NCBI RefSeq assembly: GCF_036321535.1
Contig: NC_087437.1
Location: 45,138,001-45,202,000 of the forward strand
Direction of reading: 5' to 3'
Source: Camelus dromedarius
Taxonomy: Eukaryota
Length of the DNA stretch: 64,000 bases
Shown piece after piece: positions 36,691-50,100 of this stretch. Numbering within the stretch: the stretch's first letter is position 1; each line of letters begins with the position of its first letter. The position numbers were made by a program, and so were the translations under genes. The notes beneath the pieces are model-generated. The model saw nothing but the letters and a program-made list of their open reading frames with translations. It searched no databases and had not been told where the DNA came from.

Positions 36691-37344
36691 TCATCCAACA
36701 TATATGCTTTTATTTGTCACCTACATATTGAGAAAAAAGTAGTATTTCTGAAGTGTCTGTCACTAAGTAAAGATCAATAAATACTGTTAGAACATTTCAC
36801 TAAATGATTATGACTTAAGAAATTAGTATCATAGGCACTGTGCCTCATTTGGAAGAAATGAGCACATACATTCCACTGACTGTAAAAATTACTATTACTT
36901 AACAAAAGAGGTAGGAAAATCCACTGTCTCACAGGGATTTTTCCAAATGTTTCACTAGAAAGTCCTTACTTTACTTAGTGAAGGAGAACGGAGACAAATG
37001 CAAAAATAACAGAAGAAATTCCAGCTGTACAGAACCAACTCTTGATAAATGACTCAGAGCCATTCCACATACCATAAAGGAATTCTTAAGAGAAATAGGA
37101 GCTGCTTTTAAAGTGGCCTGGACAAAATCCAGAAGTCACATTTATCAAATGCATTGAAACTTGCTTTGGTCTCACCATCTCTGTGGTCCAGGGAACTAAG
37201 ATTTGGGGGGAAACTGTAGTTAGATGGTCAGGATGTTAGGAAGTAGGGAAGAAGTTATTATGGAAATTTCAGAAAAAGGAAAGCTCTCTTCTTCTATTTC
37301 TCCATCTTCCTGTTTCTCTCTTTAATACCAAGAAAGAAAAATAA

Positions 37345-37700
37345 GGTATGAGGTATAACTGATGTAATATGATATCAAATCATAAATATTATAAAATAAT
37401 TACCAAAATAAGGTTAACAAATTTTCACCTCACACAGTTACCTTTTGGGGTTGGGGAAGATGAATATATTTAAAGTCTACTCATTCAGCAACTTATACAC
37501 ATAAAATAACAGTACTGTTAACTATAGTCACCAGGCTGTACATTAGATCCCTAGAATTTATTCATCTTATAAGTCTATACCCTTTGACTACAATCATTCA
37601 TTTCCCCACCCTCCAGCCCCTAACAACCTCCAATCTACTCTCTGTTCCTACAGGTCAGCTTTTCTTACATTTCACATGTAAGTGAGATCATACAGTAATA

Positions 37701-37752
<52 letters not shown>

Positions 37753-37797
37753 CCTCACATTTTCTTTATCCATTTATCCATCCAAAGACACAGGTTG
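37345..37797 (-). mobile_element. L1MA9-like 3'UTR (left arm of the composite)
   Basis: 'gttaactatagtcaccaggctgtacattagatccctagaatttattcatcttataa...cacatgtaagtgagatcatacagta...cacattttctttatccatt'. Confidence 0.85.
37699..37746. repeat. (CA)n microsatellite
   Basis: Long, nearly pure CA run inside the L1 3'UTR. Confidence 0.95.
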
Positions 37798-40700
37798 GGT
37801 GATCAGATCAAGATGGCAGAGTAGGAGGACATGAAGCTCACCTCCCGCCAACAACACATCAAAAACACACCTACATGTGGAACAATTGTGACTGAAAACT
37901 AACGAAACTGACAGAAGCACCACTGAACCACCAAGGGTATAAGAAAGATATACACATAATCGGGTAGGAAGGAAATTGGGTAGAAGGACCTGTGCCCCTG
38001 GGAGGGGACTCAGAGGAAAAGGAAGACTACATGGGTATACACCTGCTCTGGAGAATGAGCAGTGAGACATCAAAGGCACAAAATGTAGGTAGGGGAATAA
38101 AAACACGTAGATCTTTTAGAAAGTGTTTGAATTTAAATAATTCCAGTTTAAAGCAAGTATATACAGTTACAGATCAATATATATAAGCCCCATGGTAACC
38201 ACAAATCAAAAACCTAAAATGGAAACACAAAAACTAAAAAGAAACATAAGCACACTACTGAATAAAAAAAAAAAAAGGTTCAAACCACAAGGGAAGGAAG
38301 AAAAACAAGAAAAAATGAACATAAAGGAACTGGAAAAACTGGAAAACAAGTAATAAAATGGCAATAAATCCATACCTATCAATAATTACTTTAAACGTCA
38401 AAAGAATTAATGCTATAATCAAAAGTCATAGGGTGACTGGACTAAAAAAATGACCCTTCTATATACTGCTTACAAGAGATGAATTTCAAAGCTAAACAAC
38501 ATGAAGATTGAAAGTGAGGGAATAGAAAAAGATATTTCATACAAAAGTAAAAGACAAGAATAAGGGATAGCAACACTCATATCAGAAAAAAAAATAGACT
38601 TTAAAATGAAGGCTTTAATAAAAGACAAAGAAAGCCATATATAATGGTAAAGGGATCAATTCAAGAGGAGGACATTATACTCATTAGCATATATGCACCC
38701 AATACAGGAGTACCTAAATATACAAACCAAATACTAACAGACATAAAAGAAGAAATCTACAATAACACAATAATAGTAGGGAACTTTAACACCCCACTTA
38801 CATCAATAGACAAACCATCTAGACAGGAAATCAATAAGGCAAATCATTTTGACAGGAAATCAACCAGTCTTAAATGACATAATAGACCAGTTGGACTTAA
38901 TAGATATCTACAAGACATTCCATCCAAAGACAGCAGAATATATATTCTTTTCAAGTGCACATGGAATATTCTCCAGGATAGATTACATGCTAGGCTGCAA
39001 AAGAAGTCTCAACAAATTTAAGTGAATAGATAATATATCAAGCATTTTTCTAAGCACGGTGATATGAAACTAGATATCAACTGCAGGAAGAAAACTGGGA
39101 AAAGAACCAACACTTGGAGACTAAACATGCTAATAAAAAATTAATGGGTCAATGAAGAAATCAAAGAGGAAATTAGATAATACCTAAAGACAAATGAAAA
39201 TGAATACAGAATACTACAAAAATATGGGATGCAGCAAAATCAGTTCTATCAGGGAAGCTTATAGGGATACAGGCCTTCCCCAAGAAATCAGAAAAATCTC
39301 AAATAAACAACCTAAACTATCACCTATAGAAATTAGAAAAAAGAATGATAAACAAATCCCAAAGTTAGCTAAAGGAAGAAAATAATAAAAATTAGAAAAT
39401 AAAAGAAATTAAAAATAGGAAAAATCAAAACCAAGAGCTGGTTTTTTGAAAATAAACAAAACTGATAAACATTTATACAGGTTCATCAAGAATAAAAGAG
39501 AGAGGAATCAAACAAACAAATAGAAAATAAAAGTAGAGGAAATAACAAGCAACACCACAGAGAGATGAAAATTCATGAGACAGCTACTAACAGTTACTTG
39601 CCAACAAATTAGATAACTTAGAAGAAACAGACAAATTTCTAGAAGCATACAATCTGTCAAGACTGAATAAAGAAGAAACAGACAATGTGAACAGACTCAT
39701 TACTATTAGTGAAATTGAATTTGTAATTAAAAAAAAAAAAGAAAACACCTTCCAGGAAACAAAAGTCCAGGACCAGATGATTTCATAGGGGAAGTATAAC
39801 AAACATACCAGGGGGAACTAATAACTATTCTTCTCAAACTACTGCAAAAAATTGAAGACAGAATACTCCCAAATTCATTCAATGAGGCTATACTTATCTT
39901 TGTACCAAAACCAGACAAATACACTACAAAAAAAAAAAAGAAAAAAGAAAATTATAGGCCCATATCTTTGGTAAATATAGATGTAAAAATCTTCAACAAA
40001 TTATTAGCAAACTGAATTCAGCAATATATAAAAAGGATCATATACCATGATCAAGTGGGATTTATTTCAAGGATGGAAGGAGTTTCAATATTCATAAATC
40101 AATCAATGTGCTACACCACATTAACAACAACAAAAGGATAAAAATCATATAATCATCTCAACAGAGGCAGAAAAAGCATTTGTCAAATTCAACACTAATT
40201 CATGATAAAAACTCTCATCAAAGTGGGCATAGAGGAACTATATCTCAACATGATAAAGTCCATTTATGACAAACCTATAGCCAACATCATATTCTATGGT
40301 GAAAAGCTGAAAGCCTTTCCTCTAAAATCAGGAACAAGACAAGGATGTCCACTCTCCCTGCTTCTATTTAACATAGTGTTGGAAGTTCTAATCGCAGCAA
40401 TCAGATAAGAAAAAGAAATAAAAGACATGCACATTGAAAAGGAAGAAGTAAAACTGTCACTCTTTGCACCTAACATGATACTTTATAAAGAAAACCCTGA
40501 AGTGCCCACCCCAAATCTATTGGAACTAATAAATGAATTAGGGAAAGTTGCAGGACTTAAAAGTAATATTCAGAAATAATTTGTTTTTCTATACACTAAG
40601 AAGAAAATTCCATTTAAAATTGGAACAAAAAGAATAAAATACCTAGGAATAAACTTAAGCAAGAAGGTGAAAGACCTCTAATGTGAAAGCATAAAACATT

Positions 40701-41395
40701 AAAGAAGGAAACTGAAGATATTCAAAGAAATGAACGCGTATCCTGTGCTCATGGATTGGAAGAATTAATATTTTTAAAATGGCCATACTGCTCAAAGCAA
40801 TCTACAGATTTAATGCAATCCCTATCAAAGTACTCATGACATTTCTCAAAGAATTAAAGCAGGTAATCCTAAAATTCATATGGAACCACAGAAGACCCCA
40901 AATTGCCAAAGCAATCTTCAGGAAAAAAAAAAGAGCAAACTGGAGGTCTCACCCTCCCGCACTCAGACTATATTGAAAGCTACAGCAATCAAAACAGCAT
41001 TGTACTGGGACAAACACAGACACCCAGATCAATGAAGTAGAATAGAGAGCCCAGAAATAAACCCAAGCACCTATAGTTAATCAATCTATAATTAAGGAAG
41101 CAAGAATAAATGATGGAGAAAAGATAGTCTCTTCAACAAAATAAGTGGTGATGAGAAAACTGGGCAGCTACATGTAAAACAATAAAGTTAGAAAATTTCC
41201 TCACACCATATACAAAAACAAACTCAAAATGGATTAAACACATAAATGCAAGACCTGAAACCATAAATCTCCTAGAAGAAAATATAGGCAGAAACTCTTA
41301 GAAATAAATCCTAGCAATGTATTTTTCGATCTGTCTGCCAAGGCAAACAAAATAAAAGCAAAACAAACAAACAAAAAAACCAAAATGGATTTTAA
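37798..41395 (+). mobile_element. Cetartiodactyl L1: 5'UTR start joined to inter-ORF and ORF2 (ORF1 missing, 3' end missing)
   Basis: L1 5' start 'gatcaagatggcagagtaggaggacatgaagctcacctc'. ORF2 start at ~38358, followed by EN, RT and C-terminal fragments. Confidence 0.9.
38358..41395 (+). pseudogene. L1 ORF2 (APE endonuclease/reverse transcriptase), frameshifted and truncated
   Basis: ORF track: MVKGSIQEEDI..IYAPN..IIVGNFNTPL (EN); [29 protein letters not shown] (RT); [16 protein letters not shown]. Many stops and frameshifts. Confidence 0.9.
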
Positions 41396-41399
41396 TTTA

Positions 41400-42075
41400 T
41401 TGAGAAGATAGTTATTTCATCTCCTTTGGATATTTACCCAAAATTGATATTGCTGGATTATAGTAGCTCTATTTTTACCTTTTTTAGAAACCTCCAAGCT
41501 ACTGTCCATAGTGATTATACCAACTTCCATTCTCACCAACAGTGCACAAGTGTTCCCTTTTCTCCACATGCTCACCAGTATTTATTGTTTCATCTTCTTG
41601 TCTTTTTTGATAATAGCCAGTCTATCAGTTGTGCAGTAATATTTTATTGTGGTTTTGATTTATATTTCCCTGATGATTAGTGATAGTGGCCACCTTTTAA
41701 TTATGTTTTGGCCACTTGTATATCTTCATTGGAAAAAAACATCTATGCACTTCCTTTGCCCATTCTTAAATCAGATTATTATTTTTTATTAATTTGCTAT
41801 TGAACTGTATGAATTCCTTATATCTTTTGCATCTGAACTCCTAATCAGATACATAGTTTTCAAACATTTTCTGCCATTTTGTAGGTTGTCTTTTCATTTT
41901 GTTAATTATTTCCTTTGCTGTTCAGGGCTTTTTGGTTTGATGCTATCTCATTTGCTTATTTTTGCTGTTGTTGCTTGTTCCTTGGTGTTACATTAAAAAA
42001 AAAATCATTACTGAGAGCAGTATCAAGGACCTCTTCCCCTATATTTTCTTCCAGGAATTTTATGGTCTTTACATA
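41400..42075 (-). mobile_element. L1 ORF2 3' part (right arm of the composite, continues 37345-37797)
   Basis: 'tcctttggatatttacccaaaattgatattgctggatt...tctcaccaacagtgcacaagtgttcccttttctccacat...ttttcttccaggaattttatggt'. Confidence 0.9.
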
Positions 42076-42439
42076 TTCTTTCTGCCAACTAAACTATAAC
42101 TTCTCCTTGCTATGAATTATACTTCTCTGCATGTATCTAGAGCCAATCAATAAGTATTTAAAGAAAAATAAGGGAAGGGAAAAAAAAAAGAAAAATAAGA
42201 GAAGTTATGGGGAGCAAAGTGGGAGTAAGACAAGAAAGAGAAGTGTAGCCGGGTAAAGGCGGGAGAAAAGGAAGGAAGGAGAAAAGAAATGTTTATGATG
42301 GGAACTTCAATGCTGCCACCATTTGGTGTAAAGTTTGTCAGAACCACTGGGAAACCTTAAGTAGGGGGAAATCTCCCCACAAGGAATGAAATAAAGGCCA
42401 GGAATGCGTGGAAATTTTTGACTTACATTAACGAGAGTA

Positions 42440-42655
42440 AATGTTATTAACTACTCATCATGTGCAAGGTACTGTGTTATATACCAATCGTGAGCTATTA
42501 TGCTTAAACCTTGCAACGGACTCCTGAGGCAGCTACAGGTGTTACTGTACTCACAATGTGTTAAAATGTATTTAAATCCCAAATGTAGAAAATGGCAAGA
42601 TGGGTATTTAAACCCAAGACAGCTGTAATTCATAGCCATTTTCTTGACACTTCGA
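42440..42655 (-). mobile_element. MIR
   Basis: 'catcatgtgcaaggtactgtgtta...atggcaagatgggtatttaaacccaagacag'. Confidence 0.65.
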
Positions 42656-44359
42656 TTACATCTCCTAATGCAGCCCTAGGAAAGACTCCACCCTTTGTTT
42701 CTATGGTCCTCTTACTGATCTCTTGGCTTTGTTCTCCTCTGGCCCCCTTATGCCTGCTTCTCGGCAGTCTTTTGCACCCTAAAACTTTGCTCTGAAACAA
42801 TCAACTCATTTGTTTCTCATCCTGCTAGCACCCTGTCGCCCTCCTCACTGGAATCACATGTGAACAGGAATTTGACTGTTTCCTGAGTTAGTCATGTCTA
42901 CAGACTCCCAAGCCCATTTCCTCCCAATTCTGATGCCTGGAATTGACAGGGACACTAATGTTAAAATAGTAGGGACAGCACAAGCCAGATAACGTCAAAG
43001 AAATTATCACAAATATGAGCCTCAGTTTTTTTCACCTGTCATGAGTCTTCTGTAAAGGAACCTTTTAACAAACGTAAACATTAGAAGTATTTTTCTTTTC
43101 ACACTTGGCTCTCCTTTCAAATTCTACAGCAAATTTACCTCCCTCAAAAATATGCTCGTTGTTAAATGGCAAACTCAAACTAGAAAGTTAATTTTCAGCA
43201 TATGTTAAAGAACACTATATTATTCTCTTGATGACATAAATTGTATATTGACCATATATCATCCTGGGAGGAAACGATTCTGACAACTATATTTAGGCTG
43301 AAACCATATTGGAATAACAGGTTCTTTGAGAGGAAAACAGCACAGGCTGTGAGTCAAAAAGTGGAATACAAAATATGCAGCCATTTTAAAAAAGAGATTG
43401 TACCCAACCTCAGTTACTTTAGCAAATTGTTTTTAATCTATCATACAGCGTTTCAAGCTTAAAGGCATAATGAGATACCGACTTTAACTCACAGTAGCCA
43501 CGAGTATCTCTGAATGTGTTTTTTAGAGACAACTTCAAATTTTTCATATGTAAATGTAAAGCCAATTCTCATTTTGAAAATGACTGAACACTCTGGAAAT
43601 GGAGATATCACTCTTTATTGTGCTTAAATCCAACTGGAGCAGTTCCCGGGAAGTTTATGATAATCACCCTTTCTTTTTAAGCAGCTCCTACAGTTAATCA
43701 GTACATCAAGAGAGATTTCATTTCTACTTACAGTTTAGTTATGTAAATAAAGATAATGGACAGAGATCAGACAGTCCTTTACTATCATATGAAAGTTTTA
43801 AATAGAAGTAAATTAGAAAAAAACCATTTACTGCTTATTTGCATTTTCAGAGGGCATATACTGTAGTTTTTCCTTCATCACTTATTATGAGACTTAATAA
43901 TTAGCTCCAGTGTAATTAACTGTTAAATCAAGAAAACGTAACCAGCTTTGCTGATGAGAAGTTTAATAGTGCTGTGTTCTCAAGTACAAAAAAACATCCT
44001 TTCCTTAAAGTATACCAATACTCTTATTTTTCTTCATTCATTAATTTCAGTAATATTTATCTTTGGAGAAGTAATCATTTTAAGTAATTAAAGATCTTAA
44101 AATGTTAAGTACTAGTATCAATACTTCTATGGTATGATACATTTTTATTTTACAGATAAAGCTTTGTATTGATAAATCATTAATGTTAGATATTTTGCAA
44201 GGGTCCTTTCAAAACAGTGTATATTAACAAAATTAAAATGTGGGGTGCTTTGTCTTCTAGATTTTTTAGAAGAAAAATAATGCCATTTATAATAAATAGC
44301 AAGAAATAAAAATCAATAAAAAGGGAGAGAAACATTTGTTAAATAATGCCCCCCAAATT

Positions 44360-45200
44360 AATGAGATAACATTAAAATTAAAGACATCTCTTATCAAAAG
44401 ATACTATCAATATGTGAAAAATAAAGTGTAGGAGAAGATGGAGGGAAGGTATATGGTAAGACGTATGTAATGTGAATACACTGCAGAGTACTTGAACATA
44501 CAAAGGATTCCTTCAAGTCAACAAGAAAAAAACTAACACAATTAAAATAAAAAGCACAGAAGATTCACATAAGCATTTCATAAAAAAAGAATATCCAAAT
44601 GTTCAATAAACATATAAAAGATGCTCATTAGCTATCAGAGAAATAAAACCACAAAATAATACATATTCACCAGGAAGACAGACAATTCCACCTATTGGTG
44701 AATAACTAGAACACACACAATGATAGTTGGAATATAAATTGGTACAATACTTTAGAGGAATGATTGTCTCTCTACTAATAGTAAATTACTCAGCTATTAC
44801 ACTTATATAACTAAAAGAAATCCATTCACATATGTGAAAAATAATGCTCAAGAATAAACATAGTAGTATTGCTCATGATAGCCCCAAATTTCTAGCAACT
44901 CAAAAGTTCATCAAAATGAAATATATTTGATTTTATCCCAACAATAAAATATTACACAGTCATGAGCATGAACAAAGCTATTGCTCCACATAAAATATAG
45001 ACAGATTTTACAAACATAGCACTGAGAGAAAGAAGCCAAGCACAAAAGAGAACATATTGTATGTGTGCTGGTAAAGTTCTATTTCTTAGTCTAGCGTCTG
45101 GTTACATTAGTGTGTTCACATTGTGGAAAGTTATTGAGTTTATTAATTTACATACTTTTCTGCATATAATTTATATTTCAATAAAAAGTTAAAATAAAAG
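44360..45200 (+). mobile_element. Ancient L1 (L1ME-like) ORF2 end and 3'UTR with poly(A) signal
   Basis: 'caataaacatataaaagatgctca', 'ataaattggtacaatactttagag', 'aagaagccaagcacaaaagagaacatattgtatg', ending 'tatatttcaataaaaagttaaaa'. Confidence 0.8.
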
Positions 45201-45409
45201 TAAAATCAAATGGAAAAAGAAAAATATTTTCTACAACAAATGGTATTTCAGAGAAAATAAACAGAGTAAAAAAGTTCATTTTGGGGAGATGTTAAATAGT
45301 GTTGGAGTTATTCATGATATTAAGGTCAAACACACTCACCAAGAAACTCACACACTTTCCAATGTAGTAATTTGATAGGCAACAAATTAGTAGGATAACT
45401 TTATGATTG

Positions 45410-45620
45410 ATCATAGCTTAAGAATTAAACATACCTAGGAAGGAATCCTAATTCCAAAACTTATTATTAGCTGTGTGATTAAAAGCAAGGAGCCATTTAC
45501 ACATTAACAAAATGGGAATAATAATACCTACCCTGAAAGGCTTTGCTAAGGATTGGAGATGATATAAGTAAGTTTAAGTTACAGTCTTGCCATATACTAT
45601 GCGCTCAATGTATGATAGCT
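45410..45620 (+). mobile_element. MIR
   Basis: 'ttattagctgtgtga...aaaatgggaataataatacctaccctgaaagg...gcgctcaatgtatgatagct'. Confidence 0.8.
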
Positions 45621-45645
45621 TAGAATAGATTCTTTAGAGCTAGCA

Positions 45646-45683
45646 TCACACACACACACTCACACACACACACACACACACAC
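45646..45683. repeat. (CA)n microsatellite
   Basis: CA run with one CT interruption. Confidence 0.95.
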
Positions 45684-46359
45684 CCTCCAAAGTCCATGTT
45701 CAAGGATAAGAATAAACAAACAAAGCTACAGGAATAGGCATTTTAAAGAAATAAGGGAATAAATAAAACATTTATTGTTGGACCACAATATCAAAAGAAA
45801 AGTTTCTTTGTAGTTGTCAGGAACTTTTGTCTACTTCAAATGTCTATGAATTATGAAGGAAACTCCTATAAATAATAATGTAGTAATTCATTTACTTATT
45901 TGCCTACTTTACCACAAATATAAAGATTTTTGTTATAGACTTTAAACCACAAAAGAAAAACTGAAATATCATTGAATTAGTTTTGTTGCCTCTTGCAATG
46001 TTTATCATTTTAAGTAACTAGATTTTAAAACTAAATGCTAAAAAGTTCTTTATTTTACTCACAATTAGGGTAATATGAGCAGTGGTCTTTATAGGCACTT
46101 GCACTATGACAAAATGAATCCTGAAAATTCATGTGTTACATAAATCAAGCAAGCATTTAAATACGAAAATAAATGATATGTTAGAAGATGTCACTCATAA
46201 TGGTAGCTAAGATTTATTATCTTCTCATAGTCTAAGTTTACTTAAACAATGACAATATGAAATTTCAAAGGGAAGTAATTGTTAAAAATCTAAGTCTTGT
46301 ATATTAGTAAAATTAAAGAGAAAAACTTAATACTGTGGCATTTATATCAATAATGACAG

Positions 46360-46497
46360 TTCTGCAGTCTTAATGTAAAAGCAATTATAGACAATATGTT
46401 AACAAATGGATGTTCCTGTGTTCCAATAAAACGTTATTTACAGAAACAAGGGATAGAAAATATTTGGCCCACAGGCCATAGTTTACTGAACTGTAAC
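46360..46497 (+). mobile_element. hAT-Charlie MER58A-like 3' half
   Basis: 'tagacaatatgttaacaaatggatgttcctgtgttccaataaaacgttatttacagaaacaagg...tttggcccacaggccatagttt'. Confidence 0.8.
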
Positions 46498-46499
46498 CT

Positions 46500-46770
46500 A
46501 GGGCGTTATGGTCACATAGCTGAAGCTGAATTGTTACCATTTTGTAAGGAGGGATAAAATGAGAAAGGAGATAATGTCCCCTATTCGAAGGATCATTACT
46601 GGAAGTGGCACACATCACTTCTGCTCATATTTCACTGGTGAAAATAAATCATACCTAACTGCAATGATAGCTAGAAAATGTAATGTTGGGTAAATTTATG
46701 CCTACTACAACTCTGTTAATGTGGGAAAAGAGTAGAGTGAAATTTGGTGGGAATATCCTAATTTCTTCTA
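46500..46770 (-). mobile_element. MLT1J/I-like LTR fragment
   Basis: 'ctggaagtggcacacatcacttctgctcatatttcactgg...acctaactgcaatgatagctagaaaatgta'. Confidence 0.75.
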
Positions 46771-46799
46771 AAATGTCTGAGTTTCCCTGTGGGCTTTTC

Positions 46800-46930
46800 A
46801 CCCTACTTAATGTAGTATTTATGTAACTTTACCTTTTGTTTCTTTGATATCCTTGCTCATAAATTGGGTTAAATAATAGAACCTACTCATATACTTATGG
46901 TGAACATTAACTGTTACCACATTTAAAGAA
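46800..46930 (+). mobile_element. MIR fragment
   Basis: 'aattgggttaaataatagaacctactcatatacttatggtgaacattaa'. Confidence 0.6.
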
Positions 46931-47149
46931 TTCTGACTGTTTTGAGATAATGTTTCAAAATTGCCATTGTATCAAGAGGTAATATTAATTTCCATTTTTA
47001 AGATCATATGTCTAATAGGTGGCATACCAAAAATGACACCAAGTTTGATTCTATACTTCCACAACATCAAATATAAGTATATAAAATATGAGTATATAAA
47101 AAAGACATCAATGGAAAAACAATATGTGCAATTTTTAAAAGATAGATGA

Positions 47150-50100
47150 TATTATAGCATATTGGCACGTTGATTAGATTGACCCAATAAGAAGACAAAT
47201 ACTGATGGCAAAGGAGTAGAGAGAAGGTAATGCCAGAGGAGTTCCTCCTGGAATAGGCAAGGAGGTTGTGATCAAGTCCATAAGACAGATCTTGACCATA
47301 GGCAGAAGTACAGATGTCCATGTTGCAAGAAGGAGAAAGTACTTTGATACAGTCACAGGTGGGTTAATATGATGTGGTGTGTGGTGGTGGTAGGGTAAGA
47401 AAGTTCCCTTCTACTGGCTTTTATTTTTCTTCAGCTTTATAGAAGAATAGTTGACAAAGCTGTAAGATATTTAAAATATAAAACTTAATGGTTTGATATA
47501 ATTACACATCACAAAAGGATTCACCTCACTGAGTTAATTAACACGTTCATCACCTATCTACCTACCTACTTCTTTATTTAGTTGAGAACACTAAGTTCTA
47601 CTCTCTTAGGAAATTTCAATTATAAATAGAATGTTATAAACTATACTCACCATGCTATACACTAGATTGTCAAGACCTTAATGATTTATAACTGAAAGTT
47701 TGTACCTTTTTACCAACCTCTTCCTATTTCCCTTAATCCCTCATCCCCTGGCAATCACTTTTCTACTGTTTCTGTGAAGTTTAACTTTCCTTTTTTTTTT
47801 TTTTAACATTCTAAATATAAGTGATACCATGCCATATTTGTCTTTTTTTGTCTGGTGTATTTTACTCAACATAACACCTTCCAGTTTCATGCATGTTGTT
47901 GAAAGTGACAGAATTTTCTTCTTTATTAGGGCTGATACTTCTATAATATTTTATTGTGTGTATGTGTGATATTTCTTTTATCCATTTATTCATTGATGGA
48001 CACTTAGTTTCCATACCTGGGCTATAGTAAATAGGGCTGCTATAAACATTGGAGTACAGATATCTCTTCCAGATAGTGATTTTATTTCCTTTGGCTATAT
48101 ACCCAGAAGCGAGATTGATGACTCATACAGTCCTTCTATTTTTAATTTCTTGAGGAAATCCCATGTTGTTTTCCATAGTGCTGTACCAATTTGCATTTTC
48201 ACCAACTGTGTACAAAGGTTCCCTTTTCTCTACATACTTGCCATCATTTATATCTTGTCTTTCTGATAATAGGTAACCCGACAGATATAATAGATCATTA
48301 TTGTTTTGATTTGCATTTTGCTGGTATCAGTGACATTACGCACTAATCATTACCTGTTAGCCATTTGTATGTCTTCTTTGGAAAAATGTCTTGTTTAGAT
48401 CACTTGCTGATTTTTCCCTTGGTTTTGAGTGACTGATTGATTGACTGATTGATTGATTGTATTGAATTGTATGAGACCCTTTTATACTTTAAATACTAAC
48501 CCTTTGTCAGATAGGTGGTTGCAAATATCTTCTCTCATTCTTTTGGCAGCCTTTTAATTTTCTTGATCATTTTGTTTGCTGTGGAGAAGCTTTTTACTTT
48601 GTTGAAGTCCCACTTGTTTATTTTCTCTTCTGTTGCCTTTGGTTTTGGTGTCAAATCCAAAAATTCATTGCTAAAACCACTGTCAAGGAGCTTACTTTCT
48701 ATGTTTTCTTCTAGAAATTTTATAGTTTCACGTCTTTCATTCAAGTTCTTATTCTAATTTGTGTTGATTTTTGTGTATGGTGTAAGATGGGATCTAATAC
48801 TGTGTTTTTGTTTTTTTTTTTTTGCATATGGACACCCAGTTTTCACAACATCACATCTACTGAAAAAACTATTCTTTCCCCATTGTATATTTTTGGCTTA
48901 TTTCTCAAAAATTAATTGATTATATATGCATGAGTTTATTTCTGGGTTCTCCATTATTTTCCACTGATCTATACATCTGTTTTTAGACCCAATACCTTAC
49001 TATTTTGTTTTATTTTATTTTGATTTGTTAGGTCTACTTTTTATCACCTTTACTTACTCTTTTAATTACTATAGCCTAGTAATGTAGTTTAAAATCAGAA
49101 AATTTTAAGCCCTCAGCTTTGTTCTGCTTTCTCAAAATTGCTTTGGCAATTTGGAACTTTCGTGATTCCATAAAATTTTAGGATTGTTTTTTCTATTTCT
49201 ATGAAAAATGTCATCAGAATTTTGATAGGAATTGCATTCAATCTGTAGATCGCTTTGGTGGTTCTAATCCATGAACACAGATTATATTTCTCTTTATTTG
49301 TGTCTTAAATTTCTTTCATGAATATTTTATAGTTTTCAGTAACTGCCTTGGTTAAATTATTTCCTAAGTATTTTATGCTTTTTGATGCTATTGTAAATGA
49401 GATTATTTTCTTAATTTCTCTTTCTGGTAGTTCATTGTTTTAATATTGATTTTGTATCCTACTGTTTTACTAAAATTGTTTATTAGTTCTAAGTGTTTCG
49501 GTAGAGTCTTTAAGGTTTTATATACATATAAGGTCATGTCATCTGCAAATAGAGACAATTTTACTTCTTCCTTTCTGATTTGAATTTGTTTTGTTTTATT
49601 TATTGATTAATTGATTGATTGATTGTTTTTCTTGCCTAATTGCTCTAAGTCATCCAGTACTATGTTGAGTAAAAGTGATGAGAGTGGGCACCCTTGTCTT
49701 GCGTCCTAGTCTAAGAAGAAAACATTTCAGTTCGTTATATATGGCCTTTATTATACTGAGGTACATTCTTTCTATACCAAGTTTGTTAAGAGTCTTTATC
49801 ATGAAAGGATGCTTAATTTTGTCAAATGCTTTTTCTACATGTATTCAAATGACCATATAATTATTATCTTTCATTTTGTTAATGTGGTATACCACATTTG
49901 TTAATTGGTTGATGTTGAACCATCCTTGCATCCCTGGAACAAATAACAAAATCATCACGTAGGTTTTCACTTGCTTAGTGAACCAAATAGCTGGGTCATA
50001 GTGAGTAGAAAGGAGCAATGTTAGAGATGTGAGGAAAAGGTGTAAAAGAGTTTTCTCTTTAGAGAAGGGAATCTAGGAGGCATTAAGTGCCAAGTAATTG

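Noticed and set aside
37774..38186. 110-aa and 64-aa ORFs
   Set aside because: Overlap the L1 5'UTR/deletion junction; no independent support.
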